From contig CP110439.1 of NCBI GenBank assembly GCA_026914245.1, forward strand, positions 2,976,001-3,040,000: 64,000 bases of DNA, given 5' to 3'. A model generated the notes under the pieces. The model was not told where the DNA came from and searched no databases. It saw only the letters and a program-made list of their open reading frames with translations. The DNA comes from Puccinia triticina (Eukaryota). The translations under genes and the position numbers were made by a program. Positions 12,601 through 26,936 of this stretch are shown one piece after another. Positions within the stretch are counted from its first letter, which is position 1. The number at the start of each line of letters is the position of its first letter.

Positions 12601-13348
12601 GTACCCCGGTATGCAGCCTTCCCCGATGCCCTACCCGTACTATCCCTACTATCAACAATACGGTCAACTGCCGCCGAACTATCAAAACCCGGCATACCCA
12701 TATGCGCTGCAAGCCCCTTCACCATATTACTCGGTTCAGGGCTCGCAACAGTACCAAGCTGGAAACGCCCGGGCAGGCCAATCTCAGTATCCAATGCAAG
12801 GTGGTCCTGGCAATAACGTGGCCGCAGCTCCGAATTCCATGCCGATCTCCCATGGTCACCAGCAGCAACATGCGTCTCAACATGGTCTCGGAGGTGCTGG
12901 TGTGGTTACTAACAACGCTGGCTTCCGGCAAGTTTCGCAACCAGGCGTTGGCGCAAGCCAAATGCCTAATGGGCAAGTAGCTGGTCAAGGAATCGTCGGA
13001 GGAAATTCAGGCTTGGTGGGATCCGGTGGCAGTAGTGGGATGCCAACTGGCCAACAGCAAAGCTCGATGCACCAACAACATGCGTATTACGGAAGCGGTT
13101 ATGGCGGCTACGGCGCAGATCCACAACAGACTCAACAAGGCGGTGGTGGAATGAGTAGTTCGGCAAACAACGCCCATCACCACCATCACCACCATCAAGC
13201 TCAGCAGCAACACGTCTCGCGTCAATCCGGACATCATCAGCATTCCCATCACGCTGGGGCTCCCACCGGGGCTTCTGGAGGCGGACAAGGTGCGAATGAT
13301 CGCAAAGACCCGTTTACATTTGCATCTGATCGATTCTTCAATCAGTAA
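9604..13348 (+). CDS. DEF1: Def1/UBAP2-like protein: N-terminal CUE domain, RGG-like repeats, Q/P/Y-rich C-terminus, about 1100 aa
   Basis: IKELFPNWTDEDLLMALNEAAGDLELAAARISEG, MSWAQIAR, AVVMPG, KFGSL; exons 9604-9943, 10013-10147, 10243-10678, 10741-11553, 11620-11728, 11785-12285, 12374-13348 total 3309 nt in frame; CAG run at 12064-12090. Confidence 0.85.
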
Positions 13349-14110
13349 TCTCTTCAGATTAAACGACTTGACTCCAAGACAAAAGAAGAACCGAAAATCC
13401 CCCAGTGACTATTTTTGGCCGCCGTTTTTACTGATACACTTAGAAGAGAGAACAAAAAAACAGCACCATAAAAAAACACTTTACTAACCAAATGAACGAC
13501 CGAGTTTGCCAGCAAGATACGATTGGCAGACAGACCAAGCCTGCTTTTTTCGTCACTCATCATCTTCTTTTGCTGTTCTCTCTCTTTCTTTTCTTTGGCC
13601 CTGTTGATGATGTTGTAATCCATTTTTTTACTTCTCAAACACTGGTTTTATTACTTTATCTCTCAATACACCCTTTTTCCTCCTCCTGTTGACGATGGGC
13701 CCTCTTCTCTTTTCTCTGTGAGTATTGTCCTGATAGCTCAGGTCAAACTCCTCATGAGTCCTTCATCAGCGCCACTGGTGCGTATTGCCTGCCGGGGTTG
13801 AGTGCATCTTGTGCCTCTCAAACAGGCTGGATTCGTGTGGCACCGCCTGCCCCTGATTGAGGGGGACTTGTACATCGATCGGAGGCAATAGACATGAAAA
13901 CATGAGCAAAAATGATGCAGGCACTCATGGTTGAGATTGATTTAAGTCCCTGCCAAAAGGCTCCCGCGGGGTCAACATAGCCCGTAGGTCCTCCTCCGGG
14001 TCCCGTCCCCTGGGGGACAGCGCCCAAGTCAAGCCTCTTGAAGGGCTTTGTTGCAGCCAAAGTGAAACTTGGCTTACTCAAAAGTAGCTTTTCCTTCGGA
14101 AATATAGAAT

Positions 14111-14423
14111 GGATGACTTCCCGTCATCATTTAGAGAGCTCTAGATGCCTCTCTAAATCCTAAATTAAGACACCTATCAAAAATTCAACCAGTGCACATG
14201 AAAGTAATGAACTGTAGGGCTAGGAAAACAATTCCCTTTTTGTCAAAAATTAAGAATTTGGTTGTGTAAATTGAGATCTGGGAGGCTCCCAGACTCAACG
14301 GGAAGTCCTCCAATGGATCACTTCCTGTCGAGATCTGCGGGCCTCCCAGAAGTGATCTAGAACCCAAAAAGCTAGATTTCCCTGTGAAAATCTAGACTTT
14401 TCGGGTCTAAACGGCAGTCCTCC
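14111..14423. mobile_element. Two tandem MITEs (14111-14311, 14315-14423) with GGAGGACTTCCCGTC-type TIR
   Basis: Pattern AAT-element-AAT-element-AAT; the first is an inverted homologue of 18299-18499. Confidence 0.7.
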
Positions 14424-14612
14424 AATTCTAGATGACCCGGGAAACTCTTGACACATCATTCTCATCAGTCCTCTCTCTAAGCCTTATGTTGTAATTTATG
14501 ACAATCAGTTGGGTGTGAAGACATTCAATGTTGATAACAACAGTGCAGAATGCAAAACGCGAAATTAACACAAAAACGGGTTTTCAGAAATGAAGGTTAG
14601 GGAGTTGCCCCT

Positions 14613-17283
14613 TCAAAGCACAACTTCTTCCAATCCAGCATACCAGCCACCGACATTTCCGGCTCTCCGCTCTCGAGCACCCATTTTGAAAGCACATCGA
14701 CCTCGCTTAGTTGAACAACTCGGGGGTTTTTCCGGGAAAATGTCGGGCATATGATGTTCGATTACTCCTTTCACGGCGGTAGGTACTTCAGATTCTTTCA
14801 GTGTCGATTCAATTTCAGGTGAGCTGTCGGCCGGTGGTTCCGGTGACAAGATCGGCTTACTCGTGCTTCTAGATTGAGGTGTTGATTTTTGATGGTTTGC
14901 AGGAAGTGATGGAGTAAGTTGAGAATCCAAAAACCATGGATTCTCCAACAACTCATTTAACTTTGATCCAATCCGTTCGGCTCCGCCCCTTGATCCACTG
15001 AGGTTTGCAGCATCTGGACCTAAGTTGAAGGAAATTATTCGCATTACTTCTCGGAAACAGGCCTGAATGGGTTAATTTCTTACCTAACTCCAATGCAGCA
15101 TATGCGCCCATCACAAACAAAGGAAGTTCTTTCCCCCACTGAAGGTCTTCCGTCAGTAAAGGAAGACCTTCAATTATTCCTGGTACATTGGCCGTTTTTT
15201 TGTTTGACGGGTGGTCGTCTTGTTTGCCTTGATCGTGCTCGGGGTGCAGCAACGGAGAAAGGAACGGAATAGAGCCGAAATCCAACTTTCCGCCCGTCGA
15301 AGCTACAATAAATGTCACATCCTCAAGGATCTCGGGCTTGGGTTTCTCCACAGGATCGGCAGCTTTTTCTGGGTGATGAACTAAGTGAACAGTCCAGCGT
15401 CCGGTATTTTTGTCCCACATCGCTTGGGTAACAGTTGTGTGCGTGCGTAAACTGAGGGTCCCTTCGGCTATGCGTTTTTTCAACAAAAGCAAAGTCGATG
15501 GATTCACCGAGCCTCCATTCCTTGCCTGTCGAACCATCTTCAAGCGTGCTATAGAATCAGGGAAATATGAAATTGTCAATGGACGGAAAGTCTGGGGTCC
15601 AAAAAGGAAGGATACCTCTTTTCCACGTAGATTACACTCACCCATCGGACAATCCTCTTGCCAAAACGACATCTTTTCCAGGTTGCTGTACTTCGTCACC
15701 CAAGACAATGGGAAATCGTAATGTTTTGCTGTCAAAGCATTTTGTAATCGAAGTCACCCTTCAGCCATCATCACTGGTGACATTGAATCAAAGATAACAA
15801 AACGAGTAACAAGTCTCACTTTTCAGGTAGCCACGGCAAACTAAGATTACTCTTGCGGCGCCCTTTCGGATGGCCAGATCTGCTATTTGAGCAGAGGTAA
15901 GTCTACAACCAGTCCGAAACTGATCAGTCAGTAAACACTGGCCAGCTACGCCCATATACGTCAACCAAGATAACATACCCTCCACCGATCACGAGAATGG
16001 TGCCTTGGTTTGTTGATTTACTCGCCTTGATGGCTTGCTTGAACTCTTTGGTACCCCCGTAAGAAAAACATCTGGAGTGGCACCATCCAGGACCTTGATG
16101 AGAGTCGTGACGTTTTGCGGTCAAGCTTTCCAGTTGGGCAGTACATTCACTGATACATTTCGGTATCGCTGGACACTCTTGACCTCCAATGGACATGACC
16201 ACAAACTTGGCGCCATATCTTTTTCCTTCTTTGGTCATCACCCGGAACCCACGTCCACGTCCCTCTGTCCTAATGTGCAGATCACCAAAACTTAATGATT
16301 CGACTGTCTCTTGTCGTAACACTGGATCTAATTGATATCTTGTAATTCAACAAGTAATCAAGTAAACTAGCTTCAGTTTTGTTGATCTGGGGGAAACGCA
16401 TATACGTCGTGATGCAAAATCACCTTTCCACCAATTCTTTCTTACAAAAGTCTCTAAAAACTCCAGAGCTAGGTCTCGCGTATGAACTGCGGTCTCGTTC
16501 ATTTATTTCAGCGCCAAGCGAAGACTTTAAACAACCCTTCGGATGAACATGGTCAGTGGAGGAAGAATCAATCAGATGGGTTTCGTTTATTATGCATCAG
16601 CATGAATTTATCTAGATGACCGACTTTTTTTCTAGTTGCCCTTTTGCGTATCTTATCTCCACCTCTTTTTGATTGACCCACAGTAGGTAGGACATCCTCT
16701 ACTCCGCCTGAATCTACACATTCCTTCTCGCGATCCATCCTTCGAGCGAATGCCTCCAACCCATCCACATCCGCAGGAGATGGATGAAAAAACATGGGGC
16801 TTCTTAGATGTGGGATATCGAGATGGTGGAAGAAACCGTTCCATCGTCCCAGCCATTCTGGGGAGCTTCCATCCAGTGCCAATAATCGCGGAAAAGAATC
16901 GTCATCAAAATGATTTCCCGCTTGCTCTCTAAGCTTGATGGGATTGGGAGCTCGAAGGTTATAAGGTTTTTTCGGTTGACGGGGCAGCTTGACGGCATCC
17001 GGTCGCTGCAGGAATGCTAATCTGGAGTGCTCTATATCCGTGTAAAGCGCTGCTGGACGAGGTTCCCTCAATCGTGCTGCCAAACCAAGTGCGTGAGGTC
17101 CTTGTGGACGGGATGAAGCAGATAGTGAGCATTTCGGGACATTTGTGAAAATCTACAGTCACAGAACTCATCATCCAAGGAAAGCAAAACTTTACCTGCA
17201 CCAATTATTAAGACGTCGAAAAAGTCTTCCGGATCAATGGTTTCGATTGACTCGTGCAAGTAGACTGTCTGAGGTGAGCACAT
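14613..17283 (-). CDS. FAD/NAD(P)-binding oxidoreductase (lysine/ornithine N-monooxygenase-like fold), multi-exon
   Basis: Spliced DVLIIGAGPHALGLAARL FAD motif, HLRSPMFFHP, second dinucleotide motif LVIGGG/LTSAQIAD, late LFVMGAYAALELG; internal exon borders only partly traced. Confidence 0.85.
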
Positions 17284-18298
17284 TTTTTGAAATCCTTACG
17301 GCGAAAAGCTAGCTCTTTCTAATGTGGATAATGGAAAAAAGAAATCGAGGAACAGGAAGAGATATGTACTTTCCACTACAGTGCAGGCAAAAATACCGGA
17401 GAGTCGATGGTGGCCTCTGAACTCTGATATTATCATATGACTGAAGAAAACGCAAATGCTGCTGAACCATGAGCTTGAGAAATTTGAGCTCAATCCACTG
17501 GCACCAACTGACGACGGTAACCGGAAGGGTGTGGGCGAGTACCCTCTTGGTTATTTGCAAGAGTTATCCCCTGGGCCTGGGCCGAAGTTCTCACTAAGAA
17601 CATCCAATGTTTGTGCCTGGTGCGATCACGGCCATCTACATAAATACATAAATGTAACTGCAGCACACTGAATTATCGAAAACGGACAGGATGGCTTCGG
17701 AAGAACAACTCGAAAAACCACAATAATTATCTGAACCTCCCTACCTGATGGCAGGCAGTGAGTCGACACTCTGCACAACGTCAACTCACTGCTCTGACAA
17801 GACTGTCCGGGAAGCTGTCGGAAAGAGTGTGCCCGAAGGGTTCCGCAATCCGGACCCCACACATTGCAGAACTTGTTGGACCACTGCTTCGACCCAACTC
17901 GCGCGACTTCGGCTCAGTTTTAGTCCCCCACCCAAAGAGCTTTGCGAGGTCCTTAAAAGTAGCGTGAAAGGCTCTACCCCCTAACTCAACACAATTCCCT
18001 CCTGCTGGGAGGCTCGCTGTGGCGCCCGCGAAGCGGCCCCTCCCGCAGGGAGGGACTTGACTTGCGTGGCTGGGAAAGAAATGGCCAATGGCCGGAGGGA
18101 AAATATTAAGCCAGCCTCCCTCTCAGCTCCTAAGGACCTGCCCCAGAGCCAAATGACACTTGTACACCTCAGCTTTTATTTGGCACTGGTTTCATCTCCT
18201 CACTCCCCACCGTTCTCCCTGTACCAACGTTGTAACCAATGGGAATTGTTACAATACAAACATACAACCAATGATGTAACATATTGTAACTGCCCAGT

Positions 18299-18499
18299 GG
18301 AGGACTTCCCGTCGAGCCTAGGAGCCTCCCAGATCTCAATTTACACACCCAGAATCTTAATTTTTGGTAGAAGGGAAAATGTTTTCCTAACCCTAAAGCT
18401 CATGACTTTCATGTGCACTGATTGTTGATTTGGTAGAGGTATTAATTTTGGAGTTAGAGGGGCATCTAGAGCTCTCTAAATGCCGACGGGAAGTGCTCC
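18299..18499. mobile_element. 201-bp MITE, same family as 14111-14311
   Basis: TIR GGAGGACTTCCCGTCG; 3-bp TSD AGT. Confidence 0.75.
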
Positions 18500-18879
18500 A
18501 GTGTTGTCCATATAGGAATTTCTTATTCCGTAGTGCTAATGTAGAGCCTGGGGGAATTTTTTTTGGCTCTTTTGACAACACCATGAAAAAAAAAAATGAG
18601 TGGGTGTTGGGTGACATTCAGTAACATATGTTGAAAGTCCAGTGGTGACTTCAAAATTACTACCCTTGAATAAAAATGGCCTCTTTGTCATCATCAGGGG
18701 GTTCTGCCACTTTTCCCTCAGTGAATTGTTGGAGTAAAGCCTAAAGGCTGGATTTAGCTTCACATCACCTGCCACCTAGTCCTTTTAGGTGCAAGAGGTA
18801 CCCGGGTTCTGTACCTGTCTTCCCCCAAAAAATGCACCCAGCAGCAACAGGGTTAAAACATTTTTTTTACCCCAAACAT

Positions 18880-19062
18880 TTATGGTGTTCAAAGTTGGTT
18901 TGCATAATTTTATGCATGCATAAATCATAAAATCATACAAACATTTTGGTGAGGAAATTTTGTATTACATAATCAGCCAGTCATATCCCCTGCAAAAAAG
19001 ATTTTATGATTTTATGATTTATGCATGCATAAAATTATGCAAACCAACTTTGAACACCATAA
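18880..19062. mobile_element. Foldback MITE
   Basis: About 55-bp inverted arms ATGGTGTTCAAAGTTGGTTTGCATAATTTTATGCATGC...; TSD not clear. Confidence 0.7.
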
Positions 19063-22000
19063 TTTATTTAAACAAAGGTATGCAGTGCAAAACACTGATA
19101 GATGCCATTTGGTCAAGTCTTGAGGGGGTTTCTTAATTGCCTCAATTACCAGTGCTGAACTGATGTTCAAGGTATTTCTTACCCACCTTTATGTCATAAT
19201 GACCAGAAAATAATGGTCATTGATGGGAGTTCTTCATTTCCTTGATGAACAGCAAAAAACATACATTAAGATGAGTTTTTAATCTCCTTGGCTTTGCCGT
19301 TAATCAAGCACATTTTTACTCTACTCAATGATTATTTTGCAGAGGAGTGGACCAACTCCTGGTCACTTTCTCTTGCTACAATATAACAAGTTTAGTGTTG
19401 CATCCTGGACTTGATGGCCAGAATCATCATGGACTTACTTGCCTCAACAAATGATGGTTGTAAGTTGATTCAATAAAAGAAGAATGTTCACCATTACCCA
19501 GTTGTCCAACATAAAACAGGTTTTCTTCTTCCCCGCCAACTTCAAAAAATTCTGTCAAGACAATTTCTTGCTGAATCAAATTAGCATCAGGAATCAAAGC
19601 GGGAAGCTTCTGTCCAAAATTTAACTAAGGCACAATCATTGGCCAATCAGAATCTTGTATCTCATCTTTAACCATCTTTAGAACCATTAGGTCACTACAT
19701 TGAGACAGAGAATCCAGGACAACATTATCAATTCTCTTCTTATACTTAATGTCAATATCTATTTCTGAAAATTCCCAACCCAGTGTTTAAGTCTCTTCAA
19801 TAGCAGTGTTTGAGTTGAGAAATATTGAAATGAGCATGAGGAGGGCTGCTGAAGACCAGGGCCAGTCATCTAGCAGGTTTAGTGCTTGCAACAACCAAAC
19901 CAAGAGGGAGTTTCAGGGCTGCTGAGGTGCATAAGTGGTGGGAAGAGCGGAGTGGATGCAGCTCCAAAGTTGCACAATTTCACCCTATGTTGATTGACAA
20001 CTTATTTTTCCTGGTGGCATGGCTTTGCAAAAGAATGAAGAATTGCATACATCCAGCGGGGATTGGTAATCAAAAAAATGGACAGGGAAAAATGATGATA
20101 CCAGAAGAAATCTGTAAAGAAAACATAGAATTCTAGGAATAATAGTTTGGGTCAGTGGCCTAGCCAATAAAGGTAGAGGATAGAGGAAGAATGGTGGACC
20201 TACTTAGCCTGATGACTGGCTGAGTAAGTCACTAGAGCCCTGCAAAAATATTAGAGAAGAGTAGCCTTGTGATTTCCTCATTTTGTCCATTTTGATCACA
20301 AGAAGCTCTGCAAGTTGTTTGTTGGAAGTATTTCATTTTCTTCAGAAGCATCTAGAAGTGGTATTTGTTGGAATTTCACTTGTTCTCGCTCTTTCTCTTC
20401 CCAATCTTCTTTCTCCTCCCTGACACAAACATGTCACCATTTCTTGTTTGTCTGTCATGCATGTGCCTTTTTTTCTATTCATTCATTATGATTAAATCCG
20501 CGCCCACAAGTTAATCATATTGTATGTAGTCTACTTAAAACCACTAGACTCCAAGAAATCAAAGTCATCAGTCCTGACCAAAACTGTTCCTCAAGTTGGC
20601 ACTTTAGCCCCACCTCGAGTCTCCCTACTTAGGCACTTAAGCCCCTGAGAGTGAGTAATCCGGTCCTTTTCAGACTTATTGTCTGCTATTGGCTAAGCCG
20701 ACTTTTTCCCTTTCCGCTCCGCCTCGCTTGCCTCCGGTTAAAAATCCTTCAGTATTAGAGGCATGAAGTTGAGATTGAGTATGCTTTTGGGTCTTCAAGT
20801 GTGAATCCAATGAAGCTCATTTGTGGGTTGCCTTCCCTGATGTAAAAATGGGATGATTATAATAGCTCCATGGTGTTGTAGAAGATATCAAAATTACATT
20901 TCCTTGTAAACCATTCCCACAAGAGAGCCTGAGTCTTGATAGGATCAAACAAATTTGCTTCTTCGAAACAGCTATTGATGTCTAGTTTGTAAATTTTCAT
21001 CCCCTCTACATGGTTGAAGATTGGATGCGGGATTTCTAGAAACTTCTTGCTGAGTACGTCCTGAATCATAATGTGGTGTGCAAGCCCGGCTTTTAGGTTT
21101 CAGTGCTTCTGAAATTTGATAAACGTTGAAGAGAGGTCTTTGATCTCTTGAGTCTTGGTGGTTGAGCTAGCCATTGGTTCTTGCACCACCCATCCAGGGA
21201 GGGACTTGCATATTATCCCACAATTTCATAGGGGAGCAGAAATTACCATTTGTCTGTAAGCTTTTTCAACTTTTTAATAGCTCTGCCTTCAGCCCCCCTA
21301 TAGGTCTGAACCACAGCTTTCTAAATCTTTGGTATCTCCTCTACATTCCTGTCTCCTCAGAATTTCTCCATCACCAATAATGTATTTGTAATAAATTTTC
21401 TAAAAAATGACCTCCAAAGAAGATGATCTGCACTGGGATTCACAAGGGTCCATTGCTTGTGAATCCATGTACTTGCTGGCTTTACATGTTGGAGATACTG
21501 CATCTGGTTCAAATAATAGGGGAGCCTGATTTCAAAATCAGTCAAAAAACCTTGCTAAAAATTGATGGCTGCTCATGCAGGTCTATGCAAGGATATTCTA
21601 GAAAATAAATAGAGTTCTCAGCAAGAACTCCCCTGTAAAAGCCTTGCTGAAGGGAATGCTTATGCAGTATTTTTTTAATTTTATGCAGGAAGGGTGCATT
21701 AGATTTGAAACCATCTGTGACCAGCAGCCAAAATCAGGCTAATGTGAACCCCCCTAATGCTCCACTCTTTTCTGTGAACCACTTTCCAGCATTCAGTCCC
21801 TACTGATTGATGAAGACTGTGGCCTCACCGCTTCAAGTTCTGCGGCCGCAACATTTCTTATTGGCAGTTCAGTTGCAAGTGCAAGCCCTCTGGCCTTCAA
21901 TCCTCTTGAGACTCACTCAAATCTAGAGCTGAGGGAAGAGATAAATACACATATGGACCACATAAATATAATATTAGGCAGAAAATACGTCCAAACTATA

Positions 22001-22369
22001 CCCATGATCTATAATTTTGTTTTGCTGCTTTCACATAAATTCCTCAACACCTCTTAACACTTTTGGTACTAGAGAGTGCAGTTCTCTGACTGGGAGGCTA
22101 GAAGAGCCAGCAAAATGTGCGCAGAGATCAAGGATACAAGACTGCCTATTCGTAGTTTTTATCAAAAAAATCCCTTTCTACAACTTGGGAGAGCTGTTTT
22201 TTTATATGTACTGAATATGATTTCCGCTCCGACTGGAATTGAGCTACGGAGAGCGCTCCGCGCGGGTCCCCCGGACCCCCGTTCGAGTGGTCACCCGCGG
22301 TGTACATAGGCCATCACCCAGCCTCAGAGCAGACTCAAGGGGAACCAACAACTTCGAAACTGTTTGGCG

Positions 22370-24020
22370 ATGGACGAAGACAGCAGCCTGATCGACGATT
22401 TCTTCCTCAGGAAGCCAATCACTAGAAAACCATCAACCGCATCCCCATCAACAATAACAACAACGGCAGCCAGAACCAGAACACCCAGAACAGCAACACC
22501 CATCAACCAGACACCGACAACCCCTCGGATCTGGGCTGAGACGATACCTAGAAGACCAAAGGAACAAGCACGGTCAACCAAGCCAAGCCGTCTACATCCC
22601 TATTCGACTAGCGCCCCAAGAAGCCCGATCTGCTCGAACACGACCCTTAGACCCAACGCTTACTCCCCTGTCAGATCGATCTCTACTTCATCACCACCTC
22701 CACTCCCACCCCCCTTGGAGTTTTCCTCCCCAATAAGATCTTTAGCCTCAACACGCCTATCAACCACCGTCTCTCCCTCGATCGTCCCATCTTCCATCCG
22801 AAAACCAAATCTAGGATCAATCCCAAATAGCCGGAAATCTGTCCGGAAACCGCTTCGACAGCCACCTTCCCCCTGTATTCAAATCGAGCCAACAAGTCGG
22901 GTACTAGTGCCTGATTCGACTGACTCGCCGCCTCAGGAGCTCCCCTATTATCCTTCTGAAGACATTCACCAAGCTCACTCGGATTCAGACCCCCAACCAG
23001 AACGCGATTTCAATGAGTTTTACGATGATCATGATGCCGTTCAGCAAAAACTATTCAACTCTTCCCCTTCTCCACCCAAGTTTGTCTCGCGTCATGTGAA
23101 TAGCTCGGATAAAGCCAAAGGAAAAGTATGTGGCTTCTCTCTGCACACCCACCCGCTAGAGAGATCTCTCATGTCATTTTTCCTATGTCAAGGCTCGCGA
23201 AATGGATAACTGTGAAGAGCCGAAAGACGTAACAGATGACGAAGAGGACAAAAGAGAAAGACTGTTAGCTGAGCTGGCATTTGAGGGAGAAGTAGAAGAA
23301 GTGCTACCCAAGGATTGTGTACCGTTCTCTTCTTCGCCAATCGAGATCATTCGGCCGGCGAAAACAACAAAGCTTGGTGAAGGGGTCGAGGCGAAAGCAT
23401 CGACATCTAAGGATGGGGATAAGTGGAAGAAAAGCGCAGGCTGTAGTTCAGCCAAGAATACGATATTAGATCTTAGTGAATGGGAAGATGAATCGACGAT
23501 CCACCCGATCGAATCCGGCTCAAGTTTTCACCAAGAAGAAGAGCCAAGGCTTCTGTTGGCGTCCCAGGAAGACCAAATAAAGCATATTGGCGTTGTAATT
23601 GACGACAGCGGGGATGAGGATGGAAGTTTGAATTCCGGAATCGCGCCTCTGATGGACTCTTGGCCTGCGTCCAAACGAGGCATATGTTTGTGCCGTTTCT
23701 TTCTTCCCTGATCCATCTGATCCTTCGTGAAAAGCAAGTACAAAAGACTAACCAGGATGTGTATGTGTTTTGCTATCCTTTGCTTGGCAGTTCTGAAGAT
23801 GGCAGGCTTGAGTTCAGATGACGGTCCGACCGATGAAGCAGATCAGGCCCAAGCTGCCGAAGATTGGGACCTGTTACTGGGAAAAAGCGCTAAGAAGAAC
23901 GCCTCCTTGGCCAAGAAAGTCGTCAAGAAATCCTGGTACAATCGCTCCTTATTTCGCGCTAAGAAGAAAGGCTCCAAATCTTTCAAAGCCGTTGGCAAAT
24001 CCGCTCGTCGCGTCAAATGA
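22370..24020 (+). CDS. Hypothetical Ser/Pro-rich protein with acidic middle and basic C-terminus
   Basis: Exon 22370-23125 splices in frame to 23193; last exon starts at 23791; donor of intron 2 unresolved. Confidence 0.7.
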
Positions 24021-24793
24021 ATCTGCTCCTCAAGTTATCTCGATCGTTCTGCATTCAAACATTCACCTCCATTCCCTTGGATAATGCTCCATATCTCGCT
24101 CTCTCTCCACTCGTTACAGTTATGTCTGTTAACCTGAACATACGCATCTTCATCTTTGTTCTTGTGCTGGATGTGAGAATAATTCCACAAAAATCAATTG
24201 ATATTACCATGTTTGCAATAACGTGCTTCATGTGATTCAAAATTTGATTTTCGTTTTTTTCTTCTGCAATATGTAACCAGAGAAATCCCTCATTTTCTAC
24301 CTTCTCCATTTGCCCGTTGGTTACCACCGCTTCAATTTCTGTGCCATTTTGGGCAATTTTTGTGTGATGCAGACCAGCCCAAGCCTTTCAATTAATCCTG
24401 AATTCTAGCCCCGCGGAGGTACTTTATACAGACATGCCATAACATGAAAGAAATTGTGGATTTCTCCCATTTATTCTTGTAGCAAAAGACATGTCGAGAT
24501 TATGTTGATCAGCAGAAAAAACATGCAGTGTGGCTGTTTAGTGTGCCGAGATGAGCTCAGATGGAGTCACCACCCAGTATCTCATTTCAAATCGTAAGCA
24601 AGTGGAATCGTTAATTTAGTGATCGAACGGACAAACAGGACCGCAGCATACAAGACTTAATCCAGAATACCTTCTATGTTGTAATGTGTGTGCGATGGAT
24701 GTGTGAGAAACAGTATGAAAGGAAACCAACAAATGGGGAATTGAGCTTATCAAATGGGTAAAAAAAAACCAAGAAAAAAAACGATGGCGCAGG

Positions 24794-25396
24794 TTAAGGA
24801 TCAGAGCCCATGGCCGACGAGAGAGACGAAGAAGGAGTTGAAGCGTCGCTGGAACCACCAGGCGCGGGAGAGGGCTCCAGGCGGGTGAGGTTGTTGTACG
24901 GATGGTCCTTGACGTGTTCAATCTGGTCGTTCAGGATACCCTCGATCTTATCGAGCCTTTTCTCAATCCTTCCGAACCTTCGTTTTGACCGCCGGTCCAG
25001 TTTCTTCAAGCCATCGTCCACTTTTTTAAATCCATCATCCATTTTGTTCTCGAGGTCTTTCAAAAATTTTCGAAGGGCTGGGGAAACAGGCTCGCGTGGG
25101 TCTTGACAGAAGAAAAAGAAAATAAGTCAGCAAGTGGAAAAAAGGGAAGAGAAGAGGGGGACAAGTTCACCTTCTTCTTCCAACTTCCGTTTAGCAATTC
25201 TGGACATGGAGAGGAGGTTTTGGCCGAGTAGTTGAAGTGTTGGCGGGGAAGAAGTGAGGTTATGTGTCTGGCTGTTGAACACCGAGCCTGCAAAAAGCAA
25301 GGCAGCGGCGTCGAGGGTGTCTGAATTGGGAGCAGGAGCGGGAGGGGGGTTTGCAACAACATCAGACTGAACTTGAAACATGTAATTATGAGGCAT
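24794..25396 (-). CDS. Hypothetical protein, about 177 aa, with coiled-coil segment
   Basis: Exons 25396-25171 and 25101-24794 in frame; heptad-like KDLENKMDDGFKKVDDGLKKLD...IEKRLDKIEGIL. Confidence 0.6.
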
Positions 25397-26936
25397 CTTG
25401 TGGTGATGATATGTGAGGGATGGGAAGAGGTCGAGAAGGTGCAATGATGGATCCAATTATACTTGTCAATCTGCTGGAGCACAAAGTCCGACTGAGGATG
25501 AGCGATGAGGGATGCTGATGGGGTGGTTCCTTGTTTGAGAGGCTGAGCTCGGAGAACCCAGCTGGCCTGATCCTTCATCTCGAGCCTCTTGCTGCATCAA
25601 TCCCGACAATTGCTAGCTTGAGCTGGTACGGCGACAGTGCCTCTCCTCCCCCATCAGTCATGCGTCCAGGTCGAAAGCGCAGGACGACATCCATTGTTTG
25701 ACCTACTTTGCCCGCTTTTTTTCGGAGGACGGCGATGCCTCACATAAGAAACTGGCCGGTTAAACAAGAATTAATCAAGGAACTTCAAGGGCATAGAGCA
25801 GGGAGCGAAGCCTGACGCTCATTGATGTGCTCAAGCCAGCTGCCGATGCTGCTTGGATGAGTGGGCGAGCGATCTGACTTTCGCCCGTAGCAAGAGTGCA
25901 CTGAATCACTAGTGGGCTGGCGCACTCCCCATCAGGGGCGCCGTCCGTCCGTCCTCTTTCTCTCTCTCCCACAAAAGGCTCAGCTGATGGATGTCAATGG
26001 TGTTGCTCTTGTCATTGATGATGCCTTTCCACGTGCCATCAGCCTGCACTGCGTCCAGGCGTCGACAGAGCTTCTCGGGCTACTTGACTCACTCATCGTC
26101 CACTGGGGCAACCGGTGCACCGGCCTCCTTCCCCCCAAAGTGTCCAAGATGCGTCCGACGCACCGCGCGAGGTGCCGGTTTCCCTTCCTCACCGATTTGG
26201 GAAACCGGGACCGGACGCAGCGGTAGCTAACCGCCTGCAGTGTTGCCCGTTTGCTTCTCCACAGTATTCACCTCATCCCGGACATTTGTCCGGGCTGAGA
26301 GCTTGTCAATCATCATCCTATTTGTCACTCGAGCACCTGGGCCACAATAAAAGTACATAACGTTTTTCTAAGCTTGCCCTGGATATTGGCAACTCGACAT
26401 GCACAGTTTTTTGTGCAAAGCAATCGGGCTGAATCTCGAGTCCCACTTTTGCGAGACTCCTGGCTTACAAACCTCTTCGCGGCTATTGGCCGATGGCCGT
26501 TGTACACAAGCCATCGGAATGTGTTCTCGAGGGACTTGCGTCGTCTTCAAGTTAGGCGCGACAGAGTTCGCCAGAGCCAAAGTTCAGCGGTTTCCAACAC
26601 TTCCGACGCGACAAAAACGACTGGAAATCGCTGCGACTCCCAAGATTGACAAGACCCTCGAAGAGCTCGGCTGTGGAAAAAGTGGCCCCGTGGCTTGCTT
26701 CGTTGAGGGCACCTCGTACTTCGGGTCATGTCACATCCGGCACCTTGAAAAATGTGTACAGCTTTGAAATGTTTCATCAAAGACACTTGCCCAATCACTC
26801 CCTCTGTCAAGAGAGTGAAAATATCAGGGCAAATTCTCATCGCAGAGACAAAAGACAGGACCCAGCTCTTGTCTCCTACTCTTTAATTCAAAGGTTACGC
26901 CTACACCTTCCATATTGCCCCCCGAACTGTGAAGGA

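Noticed and set aside
19200..21600. Decayed coding remnants on the minus strand
   Set aside because: Fragments look protein-like but I could not identify a family or element ends.
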